Assembly: GCA_038087875.1 (NCBI GenBank)
Contig: CM075988.1
Location: 9,860,001-9,924,000, forward strand
Direction: 5' to 3'
DNA length: 64,000 bases
Source: Malacoraja senta
Taxonomy: Eukaryota
In this document: piece after piece, positions 43,976-58,210 of the stretch
How the letters are laid out: each line of letters starts with the position of its first letter
Numbering within the stretch: position 1 is the first letter of the stretch
The notes under the pieces: model-generated
Seen by the model: the letters and a program-made list of their open reading frames with translations, nothing else
Told to the model about the DNA's origin: nothing
Database searches by the model: none
Position numbers and translations under genes: made by a program

Positions 43976-45761
43976 TTAAAATACAGCGGTAGAAAGGATT
44001 TTGAATGTTCTTAGGACAGAGTTGGATATATCTGTGATAAGTCAAGGTGTGGAAAGTTCCCATGAATAGATGGGAATGCAGAATTGTGATTAAAATTAGA
44101 TCAGCCAGGTCATTAAATAACAACACAGACTTGAAGAGTAAAGACGCATACTCCTGTGCCTACTTCACGTATCCATAAGGTGGGATCATTTGTTATTTTG
44201 AGTGGAACATGCAGGATGTGACTTTCTCTCTCATCTATTACCTATGTCCATTTTAATGGTAGGTCACAGGATTGGAAGGTGCTGTCAGAGTAACCAAGGG
44301 AGTATAATATAGGTTGCTCTGCGGTCAGTTACAAAGTGTCCCTGAGATTGTGTACTTAAACGCATAATCACATAATCCACAGATTCACCACCCTCTGACT
44401 GAATAAATTCCTCCTCGTCTCCTTCCTTAAAAAACATCCTTTAATTCTGAAGTTATGACCTCTAGTGATAGACTCTCCTACTAATGGAGAATCAACCCAA
44501 CTGCTGGGGTAATTGGAGCACAATTGATCCAATGGAGATCAATATTGTTAGGCTTCCACTGAGGAGTGGATCTTGTTAATATATTCAGGAATGTGAATTA
44601 GCTGATGTTAGACAAAGTGCTTTCAAGGTGTGCAATTTCCTACATCCCATTGTTCTGATCTCTACTTTGCAATCATCTACCCTGTGCATAGAGGGGCTAA
44701 GAATTAGAGGGGTCAATTCTATCCCTCATCCCTTCTGCTCACAAGGACACAACCACAACCACACTGCCCCCTCAGAAAGGCAATAAAACTATGATCTTAA
44801 TCTGAAGCAGCTTTTCAACTTTAATTACACTCACACATCTGGATATGCCAAGAATCATTATAACTATCCTAAAAGCTCTCCAAGGCCACCAACTACATTA
44901 AAAAAATAAATCATTTTGCAATCTCCAACTAGTCAAGTCAAGAGTCAAGAGAGTTTATTGTCATGTGTCCCAGATAGGACAATGAAATTCTTGCTTGCTG
45001 CAGCACAACAGAATATTTTAGGCATAAATACAGATCAGATCAGTGTGACCATATACCATAGAATATATATATACACACACATAAATACCCAGATAAAGTG
45101 CAATAGGTTGTTATAGTTCATAGTTTGTTTGTAGTAATAACTATAGATTATTACTACATTATCCACAATGTCTCAATTAACTATCCCTTATTCTGAAAAA
45201 TATTAAGTAACCAGTAATCAAATGTAGATTATTTTGGGTGACTAGCTATTTTATCTAGAAGTAGAAACAAAGAACTGCAGTTGCTGGGTTATACCAAAGA
45301 TAGACACAAAGTGCTGGAATAACTCAGCGGGATAGGCAGCATCTCCAGAGAAAAAGGATCGGTGATGTTTCAGTTTAGGAGCCTTCATCAGACTCTATTT
45401 TATCACTTTGGTCAAAGTTGGTTGTTGATATTCTGATTACATTTGTTTCAGAATTACTATGCAGGTTGGGAGTGAAAGTTTGTACAAACCTATAGTCTGA
45501 ATTTCGCAGAAAACTGGTGATTTTAGATAAAACAAAACATTGTTAAAGCCTGTGCTTTTTTAGTCTTAAAGTAATACTATGTTCTGCTGTAGAATGGGCC
45601 TTTAAAAAAATATCTCTCGAAGCTGCATACAGAATAACTCTATGCAGGGCAACTGTACAAAGTAGAGAGCAGTAGGGATGAGGGATAGAATTGTCCCCCT
45701 CTAGTTCTTTGCCCCTCTATGCACAGGGTAAATGATTGCAAAGTAGAGATCATAACTGTAT

Positions 45762-46091
45762 GGGCAGTCATGGTGGCGCAGCGGTAGAGTTGCTGCCTTA
45801 CAGCGAATGCAGCACTGGAGACCCGGGTTTTCGATCCCGACCACTGTTTCTGTCTGTACGGAGTTTGTACGTTCTCCCCGTGACCTGTGTGGATTTTTTC
45901 TGAGATCCTCGGTTTCCTCCCACACTCTAAAGACGTTCAGGTTTGTAGGTTGATTGGCTTGGTAAATGTAGAAATTGTCCATAGTGGGAGTAGGATAGTG
46001 TTTATGAGTGGGGATCGCTGGTTGGCATGGGGCCGGTGGGCCGAAGGGCCTGTTACCCCGCTGTATCTCTAAACTTAACTGAAAACTAAAC
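45762..46091 (+). mobile_element. HE1 / V-SINE
   Basis: Full head, core and tail. Confidence 0.9.
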
Positions 46092-46787
46092 TGCTGACTG
46101 GGATTGTTGCAATTGCAGAGGTAACCTTCATCTATATTGACAGGCATTTCTTACATCCATTAAAGACACAATTTTATTTCTAAAGTAATGAGAGATTGCT
46201 GTTTTGATCCTTTGTGAATGGACTCATCCATTTTGATGTCTATCTTCATTAGTTAAATGGAAATCTTGGAGGCGCTGAGACTTAGAGTGAGGTATGGAAC
46301 GTGTAATAAAATATGCCTCAAGCAAAACTGGCATCTACCCTATTTCAATTACTTCAGCAGAAGTGTAGTTGACACTGCAGGTGGCCTTTTTTACTCTAGA
46401 GGTTGGGCTCACCAAGAGACCAAAGTGATGGGATGAAAGTTTTACTTTGGTCAAATAGCTTTGTGAATCTAAAGTGTAATCAATCTAAGAGAGTGGAACA
46501 CAGTTATTTGGATCTAAAGGTATGCACTGTGAAATTGCTGCTAATTGACATTAAGCAGTGCTCAGGAAAAGAGATGAATCTTAATATATTTCATTAAGGG
46601 AATGCACTTTGAAAGTCTCTGAAGATTTTAACCATCGCATGGGGATCTGTGCCTGTTTCATAGGGTACTTCACTCATTTGAAATAAAAATACAAGAACAC
46701 TATAAGAAATTGCTTGACATACCAAGAGATTAAATTGTAGTCCATGGATTCTGCTCTATTTTAATCAAGAACCACATCAAAGTACAA

Positions 46788-47100
46788 GGGTGGCATAATG
46801 GTACAGCGGGTAGTGCAGCTGCCTCACAGTCCCAGAGACCTGGGTTCAATCCTGACCTTTGCTGCTGTCTGTGTGAAGTTTGTACGTTCTCCCTCTGACT
46901 GTGTGTGTTTCAACCAGAAGCTCCATTTTTTCCCCCTCACATCCCAAAGATCTGCTGGTTCATAGATAATTGGGCACTGTAAATTGCCCCTGGTGTGTAG
47001 ATGAGTGGTAGAATCTGGCAGATTTAGATGGGAATGTAGGGAGAATTGTGATTATTGCAAGATTAGTGTAACTTGGTTGGGAATGACCGTGTTGACTCAA
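46788..47100 (+). mobile_element. Older HE1 / V-SINE
   Basis: GGGTGGCATAATGGTACAGCGG...GGGTTCAATCC head and V-core. Confidence 0.8.
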
Positions 47101-47239
47101 TTGTGGAAATTAGTTATTTAGTTTCCGATAATATACAGGGAACAAACGTATTATTGACTGGGAGAAAAGAAAATGTTCAATATTCCTGGAGCACCATTAC
47201 AAGGACTGCAGTGTTCCACGAATCAAGGGGAATCAAGAA

Positions 47240-47640
47240 GTTTTAACATAGTTTTAACATAGTTTTAACATAGTTTTAACATAGTTTTAAGGTGAGGGGG
47301 AAAATATTTAAAAGGAACCTGAGGGGTAACTTTTTTACACAAAGGATGACATCTATATGGTACAAGCTGCTGGAGGAGGTGGTTGAGGCAGGTACTATCA
47401 CAATGTTCAAAACATATTTGGACTGGTACATGGATAGGATAGGGATGATCAGCCATGATTACATTGAATGGCTGAAGGGCTGAATGGCCTACTCCTGCAC
47501 TAATGTCTATTGTCTATTGTCTATTGTTTAGAGGTACATGGGCCAAAAGCAGGTGGAACTAGTGTAGATGGGGCACGTTGGTTGCTGTTGAAGGGCCTAT
47601 TTCCATGCTGTATGCCTCAATTTTTCTATAACTCTATGTA
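47240..47640 (+). mobile_element. CR1 3' fragment preceded by (GTTTTAACATA)4 and carrying a second CR1 tail insert (about 47445-47525)
   Basis: RGKIFKRNLRGNFFTQR..IW..L.EEVVEAG motif. Confidence 0.8.
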
Positions 47641-49094
47641 GAGTATCAATTATCACCTCGTTTGGGCAAAAAGTAACGAGCATCACATGTCCCCAATGTG
47701 AACAATGTTTGCATCTCTGGCAGAAGCAAAATGATATATTTAAATCTGATGATTTTCAACCAATTATTATCTAACTGTTACGACTTATCAAAAAGCATTT
47801 TAAAGCAGGTCAAAGCAACTAAATTGATCTCAGGTCCAAATAAAACTGTGACAATCACATCACGAAGGAAACTGAAATACTTGGAACACCTGGTTTGTGT
47901 ATTTGCCCAATTTTAACTGGAAGAAAATTGGAAGGGCTAAAATTACATTTGAAGAAAATATATTTGTGATACTTTCACCTTCTGTCTGTAAAAGAAAAGA
48001 AAATCAAGCAATCATGGTCACCATTTTCGATTTCCAAAGGAAATTGAATGGACAAGCCTTGGGAAGAATCATGGAGTCCTGTGTTATATAAAGAAAGCAA
48101 TTTACCTTTGGCTCACTACAAACCCTGCCCTGCAAATATTAAACTCCAGTACATAATGAAAAAAATAAGAATACTACTAAAAAGAGATGGGCCCCTAGGT
48201 CAGGCTGAAATAAGCCTTATTTTCCATAACCAATATCCAGAACTCGAAGAAATTTGTTTAAAAAAATCCAATTATTTAACTAAAGCTTCCAGCCTAAAAC
48301 CAACCGCAGCTGAAATCTTCCTTCAGCCTATAACTAGATTTAATACAATCAAGCTAAATGTTAACAATTTCAATCGTAACTATATGTCACATAAAGTCTT
48401 GAATAAATATAATGATATGTTAATGGTAGGACAGAAATGAGCCTTAATTAACTATAATACTGTGTAAATAAAATAAATAAATGGTCATGTACTTAATAAA
48501 CGCAAACATTAATGTCAGTCACGAGCTAGGCAGCAGTACATCATGACCCAGATTTTGTTGTTGTAATGTAGTCTCTATCATTCTTGGATAGTTATTTATA
48601 AAAATGAAAGCAAATCTTGTGCTTACAATTTCTTCATCATTTTACCGGCTAGCAGCATAAGCTACAGAATGCTCAGTGAAACACAAACAGAAGGAAATTC
48701 ACCAGGAATGTTCAGTCCTCGCAATTTCTGGGTTCTTGCAAATCTTTAATTGCTTTTACTTGATTAAATGTTGTAAATATTTCATTGTGAAAATGTTGCA
48801 GCCCCCTGGGGCTTACCTGGGCTTACCTGGATCAGGGGCAATCCCATACTTCCACCATGTGGACGGAACTTTGGACTTTTTTTATTTTTTATTTTTCTTT
48901 GTAAATGGTATTAAAATATAGTGAATGTGTAATTGTGGGTTAGGCAAAATAACTTCTCTATGCAGTGCATATGTGACAGTAAAGAACCATTGAACCGTTG
49001 ATCCATTAAATGAAGGCGAATTGGAATTTTACAAATGAAAGGAATAAGAAAAGGTACACAATTCTCTCATGCCTTACCTGATCTCAGAATGACA

Positions 49095-49655
49095 CATAGA
49101 AAGATAGAAACATAGAAAATAGATGCAGGAGTAGGCCATTCAGCCCTTCGAGCCAGCACCACCATTTAATATGTTCATAGCTGATCATCCAGAATCAGTA
49201 CCCTGCTCCTACTTTCTCCCCATATCCCTTGATTCTACTAGCCCTAAGAGCTATATCTAACTCTCTCTTGAAAACATCCAGTGAATTGAACTCCATTGCC
49301 TTTTGTGGCAGAGAATTCCACAGATTCACAACTCTCTGGCTGAAAAAGTTTTTCCTCATCTCAGTTCTAAATGGCCTACCCCTTATTCTTAAACTGTGGC
49401 CCATGGTTCTGGACTCACCCAACATCGGGAACATGTTTCCTGCATCTAGCGTGTTCAAAAAGGTTGTGAACCCCTGCTCTAGCGTGTCCAATCCCTTAAT
49501 AATTGTATATGTTTCCATAAGAAACCCTCTCATCCTTCTAAATTCCAATGAATACAAGCCCAGTCGCTCCATTCTTTCATCATATGACAGTCCCGCCATC
49601 CCGGGAATTAACCTTGCGAACCTACTCTGCACTCCCTCAATAGCAAGAATGTCCT
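49095..49655 (-). mobile_element. CR1 3' fragment
   Basis: ORF 49195-49632 QSRFARLIPGMAGLSY...FFSQRVVNLWNSLP; (TTTCTATG)n-type tail. Confidence 0.92.
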
Positions 49656-50469
49656 TTTGCTCAAATTTTCATTTCTCTGAGTGGCTGATGTTGTTTCATC
49701 AGGGTTACTGGAATATAATGCCCACGTAAAAATACTTCATTACTAAATAACAAGCACTTCTTTTATTTAATAAAAAAATTCTCATTAGGATTTCCCCTGC
49801 AGCTGGCAGTAATTTAATTACTGATCCAGAAAGAACAGTTCAAGTGGTTATTCGTGTATCTAATGCTCTTCCATCTTGAAACCAGTTAGCAAACAATTGT
49901 TCAGTCCATGCTGAAGAAAATACACAACAAAATGCACTTTAATTATGGCAAGGTTACACTGCCAAGGGGAAACAAGTGCTTCACAAAATGTAACTAAACT
50001 GTGGATCTGAAAGGAAACAATAAAACTAACCTTTTGGAAAGTGTTTTACTCTGTGCAGATGTTGCTGATTGAGAAATCATTGGTTGGTAGCTGAACATAA
50101 TGTTTCTGACCGAAAAAATTGAGTGTCTTCAAATATGATTTGACAGGAAATGCTTTAAAATATTTTGTTTCTGGTTCTGGACTCCCCCAACATTTGTAAA
50201 AAAAATCCTGCATTTAGTCTGTCCAAGCCTTTAAGAATTTTATAGGTTTCTATAAGATATCCTCTCATCCTAAATATAAGCACATTCGATCCATTCTTTC
50301 ATCATACTTCAGGTACAGAAATGGCTTGGATGCACAACCATTGCTGTGATATTAAACATGTAATAACTTGATCCCACAAAGAGCAAAGTGATAATCTAGT
50401 TTAGTGATGAGCAAAGTATAAAGTGCTGGAGCAAGTCAACAAGTCAGGCAGCAACTGTGGAGGGAATTG

Positions 50470-51480
50470 GACGGAGACACAAAATGCTGGAGTAACTCAG
50501 CAGGACAGGCAGCCTCTCTAGAGAGAAGGATTGGGTGACGTTTCAGGTCAATACCCTTCTTCAGACTGATGTCAGGGGAGTGTGCGGGACTGAGATAGAA
50601 TGTAGTCGGAGAGAACTGGGAAGGAGGAGGGGATGGAGAGAGAGGGAATACAAGGGCTATTTGAAGTTTGAGGTCAATGTTCATACTGCTGGGGTGTAAG
50701 CTACCCAAGCGAAATATGAAGTGGTGTTCTTCCAATTTGCAATGGGCAAGGGGGACTCTATCATTGTTACAAAAGGGGGGAGAGGGAGCAAGAGCAGAGC
50801 TGCGGGATATCAAGGAGACCCTAGTGAGAGCCTCATCTATAATGGAAGAGGGGAACCCCCGTTCCCTAAAGAATGAGGACATCTCCGATGATCTGGTATG
50901 GAAGACCTCATCCTGGGTGCAGATGCAGCATAGACGGAGGAATTGGGAGCAGGGGATAGAGTCTTTACAGGAACCAGGGTGGGAAGAAGTGTAGTCTAAA
51001 TAGCTATGGGAGTTAGTGTGTTTGTAATAGATGTCAGTCAATAGTCTGTCTCCTTTGATGGAGACGGTGAGATCAAGAAACGGTAGGCAGCAGTCGGAGA
51101 TGGGCCAAGTGAATTTGAGTGCAGGATGGAAATTAGTCATGAAGTTGATGAAGTCAGTGAGTTCTGCATGGGTGCAGGAGGTAGCATCAATGCAGTCGTC
51201 AATGTAGCGTAGGTAGAGTTCGGTAATAGGGCCAGTGTACGCCTGGAACAGGGATTGTTCAACGTTCCCTACAAAGAGGCAGGCACAGCTGGGGCCCATG
51301 CGAGTGCCCATAGCTGCGCCTTGGATTTGGAGGAATTGGGAGGAGTCGAAGGAGAAGTTGTTAAAGGTAAGGACCAGCTATGCTAAACGTGTTAGTAGAC
51401 GGAAATTGGCTGGTTCTGCGGTCGACGAAGAAACGGAGGGCTTTAAGACCTTCCTGGTGGGGGATGAAGGTGTAGTGTAG
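50470..51480 (-). mobile_element. Penelope-like RT fragment with internal deletion joined to the terminus
   Basis: MGTRMGPS.ACLFVG..E, YLRYIDD, LKFT, LPFLDL, YYK.T.SHSYLDY.S.HP, SQFLRL, RGFP. Confidence 0.92.
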
Positions 51481-54400
51481 AGGGAATTGGACCATCAGTC
51501 TGAAGAAGGGAGGGGAAGATTTAATAGGAGATGGGTATTTGGAACTAGCTACCGGAGGAGGTAGCTGAGGCAGGTACTATCATAACATTTAAGAGATATT
51601 TGATCAGGTGCATGGGTAGGATCGGTTTAGAAGGTTATGGACCAAATGCAGGCAAGAGGGCCTAGTGTAGATGGGGCATGTTGGTCGGCATGGGCAGGTT
51701 GGGCCGAAGGGCCTGTTTCCATGCTATATGACTCTATGTGTCTAACATACCTTCTCTACCATCGACAAATACAATGCTTTCAATCACAGATTAATTTCTT
51801 CCCGTGATCCACTGCTTGTGAGTAACTTGATTCTAAATTATTTAAAACCGACTTCTAAAGATTATTAATTGTAATATGTGGTTATATTTCATGGTTAACA
51901 TGGTTCAAAGTGCTCTTACACTCAGAAGAGCCAATTTAAAGTTTAGCGCCTCTATGGTCTGCAAAAGGGTGTAATTTGTGCAAATTCTAAAGATGACTAA
52001 TGCACTCATTGATGTGATTATTTCTGTGGACAGACCTGGTCTAGCACAATGTTCTACCACAAATTTGTTCTAAATTCCAGAGTCTGAGGGACTAGAAAAG
52101 ATGGAATACCAATTTGGAACTTTACCCTAATGCCTGTACGGACTGTATTTACTTCCACCCAATTGCCCAAACATGATATATAATGCAATCACATTCCAGT
52201 CATTAAACCTAACCTAATATAAGTAATGAACGTACCCAAACTAGCATCACTTATCAGACATTGTCCTGCCCCCATTTGTTTTCCAGCTTTCTCCCCTTAT
52301 TACAACCATTCTGAAGAACGGTCACAATCTGAAACATCGCCTGTCTCTCCGTAGAGTTGCTGCCTGACCTGATGAGTTATTCCAGCATTTTATGATTTAC
52401 TCAAAATTCCAGCATTTGCAGTTCCTTGTGTCTCGCTAATATAAGTTGTTGGCTGGAGACTACATGGAATGATCACCATCTGATTCCTTCCCTTCAGAAG
52501 ATACCAAAAATACCACAGCATTTTGGTTCAAACCTATTCAAATTCATTAACAGATCAAATTATTAACAGACGATAACAACAGCTTGCATTTACATTACAC
52601 CCTCATTGAAAAGAAGATCACAAGCCTCTATGTGCAAGAGGAAATGAATGAGTGCCAAGCCTTTGTGGGTTGTACTGGGAAATGTGTCTCCTTGTAAATG
52701 TGTTCATCCTTTGAGAAGCAAGCCCGTGCTTTAGTGTTCGGCAATGGAAGGTATATTTTTAGACAAGCACAACTGAAAGAACTTAAAAAGTAGAAGTGCA
52801 ACAAATGCCGGTACTTTGAGGAGAAACAATGAACGTTTGTTGAGGCTGATGATCCTCACAGCTTATATTGACGTGTTATCGTAATGTAGGCACTCACTTC
52901 TTCAACATCGACTTTTCTAAAAATTGAACAAAACCTACAAATAATAAATGTCTTATATCATTTTAATCTAAAAGCATTAAGTGAATAAAAAAAAATTATT
53001 TTTGATAAAATGCCGATCCAATGGTTTTCTGACACAATGCTAATTCATATTAATTGTGGTTTCCAACATTTCTTGTGGAGGAGAATGTTCAAAGAGTGTT
53101 AGTATCCTTTCGATGAGCATCAGTCCTAATTCCAGACCCCATTCTCCGACAAACACTATAATAACATTAGTCAGCTAGGCTGATAGATTGAACTCATGTG
53201 TGAAGGAAACGTGATCACATTAGCAATCCTGAATCCAGACTTTGTTCTTCTTTTGTTTGACAAAGTATGTCAGCTGTTCAGGTTGATCAGACAGTTGAGA
53301 CCTGAAAATTGTTTATTTAAAAATATATAATCCGCCTTATTAATGCCAAACATATGCCACTGGAATAATAAAGAAACCAAAACACTTGAGGCAATACAAG
53401 TCTTGCAGATTCATGAGCCCTTTCCAACATTTAATAACAGGTAACATTTCATTCCTAATACTAGTCAATAAAATATAAATAATTTAATTAATATTGAACA
53501 ATTCTCTTTTCTGAGGAAATGGAATAACAGTTTTGTATTTTTTCTTCTTACGTCATTGACCTTATTCCAGGACATCTTTATTGAATGCAGAATAAACTGA
53601 TCTGGTGCTGATGTTGATTCAGTGAAGAATGTTTAATACTGCAGCTATCTGATTCATAAATTTGTTTCATACTTTGCAATAAAATGATTATTCTGAAAAA
53701 CATTATCGTACAGAACATATGCAGGAATAATACAAACTTTCCATTTCACTCAGTGACTGAAAGTTTCCTAATAATGATTTGTCACTGCTCCTAATGTATA
53801 AGAGACACATTGTGAAATGGCTCCTGAGGTGTCTGCTGCTTATTAAAATTGAGGATGAATTCCTTTGCAGCAACACAGTTATAACACACATGGATGAATG
53901 GAGTAATATCAAGGGAGCAATGAAGTGATCAAATATTATTTTATACCAGACATGGTTCCAGGAAAGTTTAAATCTGTCCCATTTTGGACTGCAGAGACCT
54001 TTTTCTAGTTCTAAAACTTTCACATAAAGTCCAGATGAGATATTGGGATCCAGTGAGTGGAATGGTGAATAAAACTTTGGCACAGAAGCTTGAATAGAAA
54101 TTCAAAACTTTATATGAAATAAAGAAAATACAATAAGAATGGCATAGAGAGGGATTGATGAAGGATTGGAAGGATAGAAAATCCAAACATATTTTCTGCA
54201 GGCACTGAGAAATGAAAAGGATTGCAAGTGGAGATTGAGTGTGAATAAAAAACCCTGCAGAGAATGTACACAAGGAAGCAGAGGGAATGGCTGAAATACT
54301 AAGGGAGGACTTTTTCCCCAGGGCATAGCTTGAAGGATATAGAGGGAGTAAGTTTAAAGAGATGCAGGGCAGCTTTTTATTACACAGAAAGTGGTAGGTG

Positions 54401-54807
54401 CCTGAAACATGCTACAAGGATGGTGGTGGAAGCAGATATGATAGTGTTAATTATGAGACTCTCAAATCTAAAATGACACTAAAACCAGGCTTGAAACTAG
54501 GCAACTCTTTACTTGCTGGTTCCAGAAGAGGTTCTGCAATCATTCATGACAATTGCTACACTCTATTAAATCCTTATTTCAACAGCAATATTTCTTACAC
54601 TATGCAACAAAAGTTATGCCCTTTCCCATGTATCTGATGTCCAGATTGGAATCATGTATAGTCCAGAAAGGTGCACGCAAATCAATGGGAAATTTCCTGC
54701 ACACCACTTTACTTTTCTACTGCTATATACTTAAAATGAAAGTTTGCAAAATATTTGCCCTGATGTCTTCAGATATTACTCTACAGGCATCACACCTATC
54801 CCTAACC

Positions 54808-54945
54808 TGTCTGAAGAAGGGTCTCGAACCTGAAACATCACCCATTCCTTCTCTCCAGAGATGCTGCCTGTCCCACTGAGTTACTCCAGCATTTTGTGTC
54901 TATCTTCGGTTTGAACCAGTGTCTGTAGTTCCTTCTAACACATAC
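54808..54945 (+). mobile_element. Penelope-like terminus with hammerhead-like core
   Basis: GTCTGAAGAAGGGTCTCGAACCTGAAACATCACC. Confidence 0.8.
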
Positions 54946-56479
54946 CTGGATATTTTGTTCTCCCTCACCAATAAAAGTTCCTGGGCAGAAGTTCCATCTG
55001 CAACTTACCCAGTCATCCACTCAAGCACTTCCTAGCCATTTGCAGTCTCTTTGTATCATCAACAAACTTGGATACATTACATTTGGTTCTCTCATCTAAC
55101 TCATTGAAATGGATTACAAAGAGCTGAGGCCCATTTATTGATTCTTGTAGCAATCCTGAAAATGACTTATTTGTTGCTGCTCCCTGTTTTCTGTTCATTA
55201 TTATTAAGTATTCTATGATTTTGATTAATAAGCATTATAATGATGGAGAAACTAGCTAGACACTTAAACTTTCCATGATTTAGTAACGTATCATTGATAA
55301 CATATCAGTGTTAAATCTATCAGTGGGAAGTCATGCCAATCACTGTTATTAAAAAGAAGGTAAGAAGTGAAAATTTGTGAATTGTGGACCATTTGACAAT
55401 GGCTATTGGCAGAAAATAACTAGAGTCTATAATTAAGGGCAGAGCGACTAAACACCAAGAATATTTTCAACTCATCGATGGAGTTCCTTGTGATTTAGAA
55501 AAACAGGGATATGTTTAATGCATTTTGTGAAGAGGTGGGTAAAATTGAGGGCAGGGAAAACTTACTTTAGTGGACTTCCAGAAAGCTCACAAGGAAGTGG
55601 AAGTGAATGGAATACTTTATGTGACAAGGCACAGTGAAATTCTTTGCTTGCGTGAATGAAGCACATAATGCGCTCACGGCGGTCCCCCCACCCCCCCCCC
55701 CCCCCCCGCCGAGTCCTCCTTTGATCCTGGCACTGCCAAAAAGTTACAAAGTACCCCTGTCCGCTCCTCCTATGTTCTCCTCACACCCTCCCCACCCGGC
55801 AGTCCCCCCACACTGGGTCCTCCATTGTCCTTCTCCTTCCCCTCCTCACAGTGGTTCCAAGTGTGAACAAAGATGAAAGCACGTTAATATTTAATGTAAA
55901 TTATTGATCTGGTTAGGTCTGCTTAAGTGACAAAAATCATGGGGTAACGGTGATAGCGTTCGAAGTAGCAAGATGAGCTTAGTGCGGTCACACAAGAGTC
56001 AGTGTTTTGTGGTCTCAATGTATCCAAGTTTGACAATGGAGCCAAAAACAGGCTGTACCAGAAGCAGTGTTGATGGAAATGCAGGCACCTCGTGCCTTAC
56101 GCTGGGTATATAGGCTTGAAAAGCAGTGCATGATTCAGAAAGCGAGTCTCAAACCAATGCTGGTCATCGCATGCGAATACGCTACCAGTTGAAATAAATG
56201 AGGGTAAATCACATCATAGAACACTATAAAGCTTTCCCTTCCATCTGTACAATGCTTTACCTGTAATGCATGATGCTAACCATCATAGCATAAAACTGAT
56301 AAAACTACCTGTTTAAGCTCTGTAATTGGAAACATATATCTCAAAGGCAGATACATTGAAACATATACCTAATAGCTGCAGGCCATCATTTGAGTTTGCT
56401 TCCTGTAAAGCAAAACTGAACTTACAAGATAATTATGAAAGCTTTGAAAGATGCGCAAGTTTGCCAGGTATAAATCTGA

Positions 56480-57660
56480 GCAGGTTATTTCCCTCTACTA
56501 ACACTCTCCTCAACAAGTTAAAGGTGTAGCCATGGGCACTCACATGGGCCCTAACTACAGTATACCTGCCATTTTGTTAGTTATGTCGAACACTCCTTGT
56601 TCCAGGCAGACACTGGCCCTATCCGTCTTTTTCTGTTACATCGACTGCATCGAGAATGTCTCCAGCACCAGTGCAGAACACGGGGACTTCATTAACTTCA
56701 CCACTAACCTCTACCCTGCCGTCAAATTCACCAGGATTATCTTTAACAACTCTCCCCCCTTGCTTGATCTCTCTGTCTCCATCACAGGGGACAGAGTACT
56801 GACTGATGTCTACTACAAACCTACCATCTCCCACATTTGCTGCCACCCTACCTCTTGCAGTGATGCAACCCCCAACTCTTATTTCCTTCATCTCCGCCGC
56901 ATCTTCTCCCGAGAAGAGGCTTCCCATTCTAAGATATCCAAGATGTCCTGTTTCTTTAGTGAACGTGGTTTCCTCCTGACTGTCAGATGTATCCCTCACC
57001 CACATCTTTTCTCTGTCCTGTAGTTCTGCTCTCACCCCCTCTCCCCCCAGATGCAACAAGGATAGAGTACACCTGGTACTCACTTTTCAACCCATCAGCC
57101 TCCACATCCAACACATCATCCACCAATATTTCCTGTTAACTACAATGTGATCCCACCACTAATCACACCATCGCATCTCCACCCCTTTCTGCTTTCTGCA
57201 GGGATCGTTTCCTCCGCAACTCTGGTTCACTCATCCTTTCCCATCAAAACCACCCTTTCCCCAAATAATTCCCCGGCAACTGCAGGGGATATAATACCTG
57301 TCCCTGTACCTCCTCCCTTGCCGCCATCCAGGAACCCCATCAGTTCTTCCAGGTGAGACAGAAGTCCACGTAATCCTCTAATCTCATCTACTGTTCTCGA
57401 TATGGGCTCCTGTACATTGGCGAGACCGAGCGTAGACTCAGCGAGCGCTTTGTCGAACACTTACGCATGGTCTGCCAAGGCCTGATGGATCTATATATAT
57501 ATATTAGAGGATTAGAGGATATACATGTGGGACTCACCTGGAAGAACTGCTGGGGTCCCTGGATATATATATATATATGTCTCGACCCAAAACGTCACCT
57601 ATTCCTTCGCTCCATTGATGCTGCCTCACCCGCTGAGTTTCTACACCATTTTTGTCTAAC
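56480..57660 (+). mobile_element. Degenerate Penelope-like RT and GIY-YIG relic with rearranged 3' end
   Basis: MGTHMGPNY, VKFT, LDLSV, YYKPT, ERGF; YIGETERRLSERFVEH near 57413-57460; inverted piece 57526-57563 between (AT)n runs. Confidence 0.85.
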
Positions 57661-57864
57661 TTTGTATATATATATATATATTTGTGGTAATATTCCACGT
57701 GATGACAGAAGAGATTTGGATATTAGAGATGTACATTCGCTTTGTTAATTCTTGTCCTCATTTGTATTACTTTCTAAACTGGAGACTAAACATTTTGTCC
57801 AACTCAGAAGCACTACAGATATCATATCTGCTTTGAAATTTCATAGGCTTCATCCATATAAGAC

Positions 57865-58210
57865 CTTAAACATAGGAGCAGAATTTGGCCATTTGGGCCA
57901 TCGAGTTTATTCCACCATTCGATCATCGCTGACCTACTTTTCCATCTCAACCCCATTCTCCTACCTTCTCCCTGTAACCTTTGACACCCTTACTAATCAA
58001 GAACCTTTCAATCTCCGCTTTAAAGATACCCAATGACTCAGCCTCCACCGCCACCTATGACAATGAATTCCATAGATTCACCTCGCACTGGTTAAAGAAA
58101 TATCTCCTCATCTCCATCCTAAAGGTACTGTATGTCCTTTTATTCTGAGGCTGGGCACTATGGTCCAAGACTCTCCCACTACTGGTAAAATCCTCTCCAC
58201 ATCCATATAT
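57865..58210 (-). mobile_element. CR1 3' fragment
   Basis: Reverse complement of the CR1 ORF2 C-terminus and 3' UTR. Confidence 0.8.

Noticed and set aside
45131..45157. 10-bp hairpin GTAGTAATAA/TTATTACTAC
   Set aside because: Short, AT-rich and at a repeat junction; likely repair filler or chance
48048..48440. 130-aa ORF as a host gene
   Set aside because: AT-rich, no motif and no splice context; compatible with chance
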